A DNA stretch of 31,151 nt from Rotaria socialis (taxonomy: Eukaryota): the NCBI GenBank assembly GCA_905331295.1, contig CAJNYD010000068.1, positions 62,001 to 93,151 of the forward strand, given 5' to 3'. The notes beneath the pieces are model-generated. The model made no database searches, had not been told where the DNA came from, and saw only the letters and a program-made list of their open reading frames with translations. This document shows positions 13,914 through 23,049 of this stretch, piece by piece (the stretch's first letter is position 1; every line of letters begins with the position of its first letter). The position numbers were made by a program, and so were the translations under genes.

Positions 13914-13962
13914 TGGGTGTGGGTGTAGATATTTCGATGACCTCAGATAACACCCACACCCA
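13914..13962. repeat. Inverted telomere-like repeat pair with perfect 13-bp arms and a 23-nt spacer
   Basis: TGGGTGTGGGTGT (13914-13926) ... ACACCCACACCCA (13950-13962). Confidence 0.9.
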
Positions 13963-15617
13963 AGACAATGGAAAATTTATGTACAATAAATTTTCTAATT
14001 TCAAGAACGAACGCGTAGATCATCAAATGACAAAAAAAGATACAAGCAAAACTAAAGACTATTAACCAGAAAAGAAAGGACTACATCAATTCTACTGTCG
14101 AATGGGAGTCGATTTTTACCAAATGCCTTCTTAGGCAATGCTATTGAAGAGGTCATGGTCAACTAATGAAACGCCGCAATCAATTACAAAAGTTACTATA
14201 TATAGTGTAAACCTCTGCAATGTTCATACACACTCACAACTCGTCATGACTTTTTTTACATAGTTTCAACGGTTTTAGGCATATTTGGTGAACTCACTGT
14301 TATTCTGAAAATAGTTGTTCGAGTCATCGGTTGACTTATATGCAATCGAATGTAACCACGAACAGAAAATACTGATACTGAAAGTAAGACATAGAAGATC
14401 TTGATGAGACACCCTTTTCAACTAGTAAGTTCGTTGATGAATTGAAATTCAAAAGAGCAGTTTGTTTTGATAAAATTTAGACTTATCAGTATTTCTTGAT
14501 TTCGCACTATCATCTCCACATGTCCCAGTTTCGTCTTTAATCAATAATCTTCTTATTGAACAGTGGGAGAAAAATACCACTTATGACTATTATTATACAG
14601 CGTGTGCTTCTCTTCTATGCACTTATTCAATCAATACGAGATTCGATAACATATATATGTATTCACAATTATTTTGGGTCTTTCTGATGGATTGACTGTT
14701 ATATTGAAATTTGTCGTACCCATTTTAGTCAAACTTGGGCGACAGATTGCAATATATCTTCGAAGGTGTATTCAATCGATGGTCCCCTGAGTCATAGAAG
14801 TGGCTAGAAATGCTAGTTTTTGATTTTGTTTATGAAACATTTATTGAATGGAACATATATATATATATCGAGCCATGATGTGAGAACCAATCAAAAAACC
14901 TTTTTAATTATATTTTGTTGCGTTTTGTATCGGTGGAGAGCTCTCTATTTGATGATTTCATATATATTCTAATACATTTCTTTTTGTCATCAGAATGAAT
15001 ACAGTGTTGATTCTTGATCGATCATATAAGCCCTTTACGAACGAAAATGAATTGGAGAGTGACAAATTCCATTTTCACATGTCACCTATATTCAACGCAA
15101 CTAATGGTTTATTTAGGCTTTGTCACCCTCGCCAAAAAGAGAATTTAATATTGCTAAACTAGTTCTTGACTTAATTGCTTACCAAAAAACTTCAGCAACA
15201 ACAAAAACAAGACCACAATTAAAATAATAGGATCTTTGTGATATTTATAGAGACGTTCCATGAAAAAAAAACGAGAATTCGAAATGTATCAAGTAAACTG
15301 ATTTTGAATTTGATCTCCTAAGGATTTCAGTCTTTGTATACCAGCATCAAGCATATGAGGGAATGTTTTAGAGAAGAACCTCGAGTTCACGTCGATGCAA
15401 TTCAATTTATTTTTCTATTGTCAGAAGGAAAAGTACACTAAATAGAAAAAGAAGAAAAATATGAGATAGTTGTACTCATCTCAAGAAATAATAAAGCATG
15501 TAAAATGAACACGGAAAGAATAATATAGAGAAAATACGAGCAACGAAAGGAAACGGCACGTAAAGTTTTAGTTGAAATGATAGTGTATTGTGTGAAGAGA
15601 AAATCATACAGTACTTA

Positions 15618-17087
15618 TCAATTCGAAGCTTTGACATCCCAGACTAAAGGCTTGACAGAGTAAGTATTCGCTTCTTGCGAACCCAACATTTCTCGATAGT
15701 GACGATACCAGTTACTTTGAAAGCGTTCTTCAGGATCATACAGTCGCTTAAGTCGGATAAATTCGGCAAATTGTGGATAGCATGTTTCAACTTGTACACG
15801 AGTTGCGTATGTGTGATAGGTTAAATAATAGCTGCCACCACGCTTAATAGCCATGTCTATCAGACGACGAAAGGCATTAGCCGAATGTTCTAATCCGGCG
15901 GGGGTGTGAACTGTATTTATATTAAAGATGATACAGGCATAAGACTGTTTAGCCCAACCCAAAAAGCTTTCTTCGTCTTGCACAATCAACCGAATAGTTC
16001 CGTAGACCATGTTCACCTTATTGGCTCGAAAATCATCACGAACTTCGGCTAAAAAACTGGGGAGTTCCAATCGTGGAACATAAATTTCAGTAATAATTTC
16101 AGTGGCTTGTTCTTCTGAGCCGAGGTCGTGGTCAAGTTCGTGGTGATAATTATCCAGATAGATACTTAGCTGATGGGTATCGGATGCATAAATTTGACCA
16201 GATGTGGATAAATAATAACTAGAGTATTGGCGAAATGCCTCTGCTTTGTCAGCATGTGAGAGATAATAAAGGTGGCTCCAATTATCTTCCGAAAGTTCCT
16301 TTTGAGCTTCTGCCATTGGGATGGCTGGATCGACTGGGCGATAACAGGAAAAAACACCACGATATAAAAAATCATCGGATTGATCGTCAGTAGAAAATTG
16401 GAAGTCGCCATAGAGAAAACCAGCTTGTATGCGCTCTTCAAAAGCCTTCGGTAGTTTGTCAACCGTGAGAAGTTCCACCACTCGTTCTACTTTTTGCCGG
16501 GGTGTTAAGCGCATTGTTACTGAATAAATCACGCCAAATAATCCATAGCCGCCAATGGCGAGTCTAAACAATTCACTGTTTTCCAGACGACTGCACTTGA
16601 GAAACTTGCCATTGGCATCCACTATGCTAAAGGAGTCAACATCCGCGATGAGAGGTTGCATCTTTAACCCTCGACCATGAGCATTGCATGCCAGTGATCC
16701 ACCAATTGACAACCGATCAGCACCAGTTTGCTTTTGAGCAATACCCCATTGCTGCGGCCATGGGACGTTTTTTTGTGTTTCGATGAGATAATCTATTAAT
16801 TTTGGCCACTGTATACCGGCTTCAACCTCAATCATGCCTGTAGCCGTGTTGAAACTTAGTACCTGATTCAATCGAGTGGTATCTATCAGTATCGTATCTG
16901 TACCAAATTGTTGACAACCCATGGCGTGTCGCCCTCCAGCGATAGAAATAAATTGATTTTTTTCCACAGCCTTAGTAACAGTTGCTACGATAGCCTCTAG
17001 TGAATCCACCATAACGATTTCAGTTACTCTGGTAGGATTCAACTGAGAATGAATATCATTGACAGTGATTGTTGAGTGAGACGACAT
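15618..17087 (-). CDS. FAD-linked oxidoreductase (FAD_binding_4, VAO/PCMH superfamily), intronless, bacterial-type; HGT candidate
   Basis: Uninterrupted 506-aa ORF (17138-15618); the likely start is the second Met at 17087 (MSSHSTITVNDIHSQLN). Motifs: GGRHAMG, IEVEAGIQW, LSIGGSLACNAHGRG, LFRLAIGGYGLFGVI, and a C-terminal LKRLYDPEERFQS. Visibly GC-richer than the flanks (27/60 G+C counted at 16501-16560). Confidence 0.9.
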   Translation of the reverse strand: MSSHSTITVNDIHSQLNPTRVTEIVMVDSLEAIVATVTKAVEKNQFISIAGGRHAMGCQQFGTDTILIDTTRLNQVLSFNTATGMIEVEAGIQWPKLIDYLIETQKNVPWPQQWGIAQKQTGADRLSIGGSLACNAHGRGLKMQPLIADVDSFSIVDANGKFLKCSRLENSELFRLAIGGYGLFGVIYSVTMRLTPRQKVERVVELLTVDKLPKAFEERIQAGFLYGDFQFSTDDQSDDFLYRGVFSCYRPVDPAIPMAEAQKELSEDNWSHLYYLSHADKAEAFRQYSSYYLSTSGQIYASDTHQLSIYLDNYHHELDHDLGSEEQATEIITEIYVPRLELPSFLAEVRDDFRANKVNMVYGTIRLIVQDEESFLGWAKQSYACIIFNINTVHTPAGLEHSANAFRRLIDMAIKRGGSYYLTYHTYATRVQVETCYPQFAEFIRLKRLYDPEERFQSNWYRHYREMLGSQEANTYSVKPLVWDVKASN

Positions 17088-18369
17088 AGCTCGATTACCA
17101 CAAATGAGGACAATTACTCTGAAGTATACAATGCTCATTAGAGAGAAGAAAGTTTTGTATTAAATAAAAACTAAAATCCTCTGAAAACAGCCTTCTTTTT
17201 CATGGGACAGAAGTGAGACATTGTCATATTAGCTAGCTCCTCTCCTGTTGAATGTTACACCCTCCTCCATTACAATAGCTATATGACCTAGTAAAAGTAA
17301 GGATGTTCACTGTAATAGTTGAAGAAGAAAAACAGTGCTTGCGAGAAAAGTTTCGACCTCATTCGCCAATTCAAAACTGGCGAGTACGCCGATTTTGATG
17401 TAAGTATTCTCGATGAATGCCAACGACTATCGGAGGCTTTTTGTTTTTGTTTTTATGTAGTACATTCTTTCATCTGTAGAACAGCATCGTACTTCTTTTT
17501 ATTTTATACAAGAACCATTATATGAATGTGGATCCCACTGACTTCTTGTCGTCGTAATGCATTCATCCTTTTTCTTCAATACACCAAGAAATGAACTTGT
17601 TAAAAATAATGACGTTTATGATGATTACTTCAAAATTGTCCTGTCGAATATCTATTTTTGATCTCTTGACACTAATTAAAGTTTTGACTATTCTCAACAA
17701 AAGAAACATATAGAAAAAATGATAGGGAATATTTCGGTAGAAGTAAGCCTTGGCAAATGATAGTTTCAATTAACAAAAACTTCCTTCTCAGTTTGTTTGA
17801 AACTCATTCAGCTAACGTAGAAGAATGAAACATTTTGAACTAATATTTTCGTTAATTTCATAATTTTCTAGAAATGTGTTTTGATAGACATCAATCAACA
17901 ATAAAATCAATGTTATGTTAAACTAATTATGTTGACGAAAACAGAATTGTAATAAATGCTGTACCGTGAATCTTTGATAACACTTATAAATATTGATTTT
18001 GCATCATATTTCGAAAATCAACGATATATGAAATCCAACACTTGTCAAAGAAGCTCCTTTTATCGCGCCTGAAACTTGAACTAAAGATGATTTATTAGTT
18101 AGACAGGTGAAAATTTGTTGTATAGTTAACATTTATTTTAGATGTTCGGGGACGTTTCATCATAAATATCTATGTTTTAATCTTCTTTTTGGCATCTATT
18201 CGATAGGTTTTGATAACTCAAAAATGAGACATCTCTACTATACAACTCTTTTTTATTTTTGTTTCATCGAGTAAAATCCTTCGAATGCTCGAAAGCTGCA
18301 TATTTTACTAACCTACTACCGATCCCACTACCTATTGGATTGTCGCTTGTATGTCCTGCTTAAAGTAAA

Positions 18370-18954
18370 CCCATGTCGGAGAAATGGCTAAAAAATCGCC
18401 GATTAATCGCGATATTTATCTTAGTTTTAAAACGTTATATAAATTAAACGGAGCAGTGAAGAAAATTTTCTCAAATTTTTTTCTCTTTAATTTTAATTGC
18501 TTATTTCTCTTAATGCCAAACAGACAGGCGATTATGATCATGGGTATTAATTTATCCTTATTATTCACTTATAATAAACGATAAATGTAAAAAAAATATT
18601 AATATTTATGAAATCAAAATAAATAAATAAAATCCTCATTTCAAAAGGTGAAGATGAATAAAATCTTCATTTAAAAAAAAAGAAATTACCGATTAATGGC
18701 GATTAATCATTCTGATTTTTCTGTGATTAATCATTTCGATTTTTGTACGATTACGATTAATGGCGATTAATCATTCTGATTTTTCTGTGATTAATCATTT
18801 CGATTTTGGTACGATTACGATTAATCGATTTTATTTTCAATATCACGATAAAATCTGATTTTATCTCCGATTTTTCTACGTAATTCGATTAATCACGATT
18901 TTACGTTAATGTTTTGATAAATCACCAAAATCGCGGCGATTTTCACGACATGGG
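18370..18954. mobile_element. Non-autonomous TIR DNA element (about 585 bp) with subterminal GATTAATC motifs, possibly hAT-derived
   Basis: Ends are CCCATGTCG (18370-18378) and CGACATGGG (18946-18954), with imperfect extension to about 19 bp. Seven GATTAATC palindromes and two GATTAATG variants lie inside. No transposase ORF and no clear TSD. Confidence 0.7.
18690..18817. repeat. Tandem duplication of a 64-bp unit (2 copies) inside the TIR element
   Basis: The unit CGATTAATGGCGATTAATCATTCTGATTTTTCTGTGATTAATCATTTCGATTTT(T/G)GTACGATTA starts at 18690 and again at 18754, with one mismatch. Confidence 0.92.
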
Positions 18955-19701
18955 AATTCATTTCTTCTCATAGCGCAGGAAAGGGTGATTTCTCAAAGAC
19001 TCTGGCAAAGTAGCGAAGTGCATTTTATTATAATGATTCTTGTCGAAAACGAAACTACAAGCTTCCTGTTGATGTAAAAAATATCAAATAAACACAGTCC
19101 AAAAGAGACTCCGATACTTACTGTATTCACCTGAAATAATTGCATCTACATATGCCTCTTCGAATCCCTTGAATTGATGGATGAAATCAAATTTTCTCTT
19201 ACTCTTATTCTCTCTCTCTCATTTTGATTGTATTTTGACTTACCTTTCATTTCGAAAGTAGAAATTGCCTACAAGGACCCTTCAAAAACGAGTACTCAAT
19301 GAATAGCAAAACGATTCAGGTAAACATAGGAAGAAAATCGCCAGGTAAGCTACTCATATTTTTTTGTTGCTCTGTTTCTTTTAGATCAAAGTGTTTTTTA
19401 CACTCAAAAATATTTACTTTACCTTCAGGCCTGTCAATGAATACATGGTGCTGAAGAAGCGATGAATTATATCATATGTTGAAGAAAAGAAGGACTGAAA
19501 GGTGAAGTCTGCCTTCATTTTTCGAGTCTGTCGATGATCAAATGATAGAGATACATGAAAATCTCTTTCGCTTAATGTTCGAAATCGATTGTTTTCTGTA
19601 AAATTAACTTGTTGAGGTGACATCGTGCATTTTCATCCGAAGTCTAGTATCTAGCAAATCGAATTTTTTTCAATGTAGACGATCGAAATATTATCGACAT
19701 A

Positions 19702-19764
19702 GTGTGGGTGTGGGTGTGTTTTTTATTTCCTTACTCACTCTCACTTTCAACCATACCCACACCC
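19702..19764. repeat. Inverted telomere-like repeat pair, 33-nt spacer
   Basis: GTGTGGGTGTGGGTGTG (19702-19718) ... CATACCCACACCC (19752-19764). Confidence 0.85.
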
Positions 19765-20654
19765 TTCAGTTATTGTGCTGCCGTGATAACCCTTGATTGA
19801 ATGATATTATTTTTTTTATTGATGAGACGTCGAAAAAGGAAAAGAAATGCCTTCTGTTAATATCACTGCAAAGGAGCCACACGTGTATTACTATTCAAGA
19901 GCATTATGCCATACTTCACACATACACACACAATAGTTGTTGTGCATCGTCAAGAAAGAAAGAAAACAATCTGTATCCATCATGTCATTTTGCTTGAGGT
20001 AATAACATACAAAAAAAAGGTTCCACAATCAAATCTAAAAAAAATATCACCATACCCATGACTCTTCCAAGTGATTGTTTTGTATAGTATCAATTTTGTT
20101 TTCGAACGTTGAAAACGATTCTATTTCATAACAGTGAAAATGGTTGATTTGTACTGTAGAACATTGACCAGTGGAGATCTTAGCTCCTGTTACAATATCA
20201 TCACCATTTTATAAATAAATAAAAGGCATGCTATAGTACACAGTGCTTTTCAGAGTCAATGTCAAAAGTTTTGTACCTTCGAAAATAGGTCTCTCGATTA
20301 AAACTCATTTAAAGAAAGAGTGATTTGAAAGTAATGCTAATCTAGTGATCCTCTAACGGGGCTCATATCGATTTGATCAGATCTACAGTTAAATTGGCTC
20401 AGTACTATAGGCAGATTTTTGGCCAGGTCGTGTTGGGTCAAACCAAGCACAAATAATATTTTGCAAGCAAATATTCAAACTATTTCTTTCTTTCTTTTTT
20501 CTCTTTTTCTTCTCTCATTTTCTTTTTTCTCTTTTTCTTCTCTCATTATCTTTTTTTCTCATTCTCTTACTCAGTTAGCTTATAAATATGTTGTTGCTTC
20601 CAATAACTGTATAACATTTTTATTCATTGATCGTACAAGTAAGAAGTTTTTCAA

Positions 20655-20706
20655 GGTATGGGTGTGGTTGAGTTAAAAATACAGTCACATCCACACACCC
20701 ACACCC
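20655..20706. repeat. Inverted telomere-like repeat pair
   Basis: GGTATGGGTGTGG (20655-20667) ... CACATCCACACACCCACACCC (20686-20706). Confidence 0.8.
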
Positions 20707-21353
20707 GCAGATCAATGTAAAATATCACCATTGAGAGGAAGATCGATTTTGAAAAAGATCTGAAAATTTTCGGGCGTAATACAAGCCCTGGGGCTTGTAA
20801 TCCATCTTTCATATCGACCTTTCTTGTGGGGGAGGGGGGACAGCACAAGCTACATTAACGTGATTCTCAATTACAGAGAAAGAGTACGTTTTGCTTCTCT
20901 TCATTCTTCATACATTGAAGCATAGCAGCTAGGCATGAATGCTCGTTTTCTTAAAGTTCTCTAAATTGATTTTTGACTGAATACGAGCCAGTCACGTACT
21001 ATTGAACGAAATTTTTCTATTTAAAATTTGCAGGGCTCACTTTTGCAGAATCAGAGAAATAAAATTGAGGAAAAAGTGAAAATTTGGTATTTTCCTTCAT
21101 TTACATAGCCATCAGATTAGATTTCGTTCCAGGTATGTTGTGGGCCCGAACCATTTAGGATTTTTTTTATCCCAATGAGCCCTAATCATAACGGGTTCCA
21201 ACGATGTTCCACTACTGAATATGCTCTTCAATATTCAAATTCACAATCATACCGACACATATAGCCGTTTTCATCTCGATAATTCCTATTTATATCTCGT
21301 CATAGCTGCTAGTACTTCTTGTCTGATCTATTGTATTTTTATTTATTGAGAAA

Positions 21354-22385
21354 ATGGAAACAAAAGCAGGTTCAACTATTGGTATGGCTGGCAGTTATAA
21401 TCAAAACTCTGATCCTCAACTTGCTATCATTAATTTAATGATCCCTTATATTCATTTGGGTATTGATGAATTAGACATTTCACCTTTGTCTTTGATTATT
21501 GCTGATTTTGGTTCATCCCATGGAAAAAACTCAATAGAAGCTATGAAAATATTTATTAATTACCTTCAAAAAACAAATAAACTCACTGCATCACCTCTTG
21601 TCGTTCATAATGATCTTCCAACAAACGATTGGACAACACTTTTTCACCTACTTGCAGACGATAAATCATATCAAGGTGTTGCTAATGGCTATTCATTTTA
21701 TGAGCAATGTCTTCCAGTCAATAGTCTTTCAATAGGCTTTACAGCTTCTTCAATGCATTGGTTATCGAAAATACCTTTTAATATTACGAATCATTGTTTT
21801 CATGCGTATGCTGAAGAACATGAACGTCAAGCATATAAACATCAAGCCAAACTTGATTTCAATTCATTTATAGAACATCGTTCTCGTGAGCTTGTTTCCG
21901 GTGGTATACTTGTACTTAGTATTCCGAGTTTTGATGATCAAGGAATAGAAAGTATTAGCAATTATTTCGATCAACTGTACATATGTGCTCAATCATTTTT
22001 CAATGAACAAGAGCTATTGTACTTAACAGTCCCTATATATCTTCGTTCATTATCTGAATGCCTCGATTATGAATTATTCGATCGGTGCTCATTGAAATTG
22101 ATTAAAGGTGAATTAAGTCGATTAAAATTGCCTATACTTGAACATTATCACAATGGTCTGTTGACATTTGATCAATTGATAAAAATATTCACAAAAGTGT
22201 TTCAAAGTACAATGGAACCTTTAGTTATGCAGATATTGAAAAAAAATGGACGTTCAAAAGAAGAAATTGATCAAATATCAAGCGACTTTTGGATGGTATA
22301 TGAGGAAAAGCTAAAGGAAAAACCGGATTCAGTTGTCAACAGTAATCAATATGTATGTGCTTGCTTGATATTGAAAAAGACATAA
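21354..22385 (+). CDS. SAM-dependent carboxyl methyltransferase, SABATH (Methyltransf_7) family, intronless; HGT candidate
   Basis: 343-aa ORF with SABATH motifs YNQNSDPQ, IADFGSSHGKNS (SAM-binding), HNDLPTNDW, SFYEQCLP, SSMHWLS and RSRELVSGGILVL. Confidence 0.9.
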   Translation: METKAGSTIGMAGSYNQNSDPQLAIINLMIPYIHLGIDELDISPLSLIIADFGSSHGKNSIEAMKIFINYLQKTNKLTASPLVVHNDLPTNDWTTLFHLLADDKSYQGVANGYSFYEQCLPVNSLSIGFTASSMHWLSKIPFNITNHCFHAYAEEHERQAYKHQAKLDFNSFIEHRSRELVSGGILVLSIPSFDDQGIESISNYFDQLYICAQSFFNEQELLYLTVPIYLRSLSECLDYELFDRCSLKLIKGELSRLKLPILEHYHNGLLTFDQLIKIFTKVFQSTMEPLVMQILKKNGRSKEEIDQISSDFWMVYEEKLKEKPDSVVNSNQYVCACLILKKT

Positions 22386-22462
22386 CATACTGCTTACAAT
22401 ACTTTCATTTTTCATATTTCCATAATTGATTTTGCTTTTTACTGCGCAAGTTTCTTGCTATG

Positions 22463-22536
22463 TACATCGGGTGTGGGTGTGGGTGTGGATAAGTTGTTGA
22501 AGAACAGAATGGCACTGACACTCATATCTAGATGTA
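22463..22536. repeat. Telomere-like tract with a degenerate inverted partner
   Basis: TACATC-GGGTGTGGGTGTGGGTGTGG (22463-22488) ... ACACTCATATCT-A-GATGTA (22518-22536). The right arm is the C-strand repeat with C>T changes. Confidence 0.7.
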
Positions 22537-23049
22537 GCTGTGTTTTATTTGTGTTATGGAGAGGAGAGAACCTCTTTGTATTTTTCAGGATCGTCTAATC
22601 ATATTTATGATTTATCCGATGTCATTTTAGGTGACTATGCATCGAAGTGATGTAATGGGGATATTAGTTTCCTGAGAATTTAACTTTAAATGATATTGTG
22701 CTAGTGAAAGAGAAAATATTCGTCGAGTTTCAAATTCTCTACAACATGTTTTGACTGGTATTCTTTGTCTGTTGTTCAATATATTTTCTTCCATGTCTTC
22801 TTTTTAGACAGCATGCTGCTGACATCTATGTTTATTAACGAAGTTATCAAGTTCGAATTTATATAAGGAACATAAACAGGATGCTTAGATCCGTGATAAA
22901 TTTTAAGCACGACTGCTAATGATGTCAATTTAATGAATATTTAAAAATTATTTTCATAATACATTAATAAAAAAAGCGCACACACTAGGTTTTCTATATA
23001 ATATTTTTAAACGAAAGCTTATCACTAATATCTTTTTTTTTATGGACAG

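Noticed and set aside
6726..17972. Exact 14-mer CTGTACCGTGAATC at 6726 and 17959
   Set aside because: The match does not extend, no inverted partner was found, and one such match in 31 kb is compatible with chance.
18690..18830. Repeats considered as a possible CRISPR-like array
   Set aside because: The units are contiguous tandem copies without unique spacers, the context is eukaryotic, and there are no cas genes.
20482..20570. Hydrophobic ORF 20419-20676 over a CT-rich tract
   Set aside because: Low-complexity polypyrimidine sequence producing a spurious Phe/Ser/Leu ORF.
21031..21184. CAGGGCTCA...TGAGCCCTA as possible hAT-like termini upstream of the methyltransferase (GGGCTCA also near 20359 and 29119)
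   Set aside because: Only 8 bp of inverted match and no TSD.
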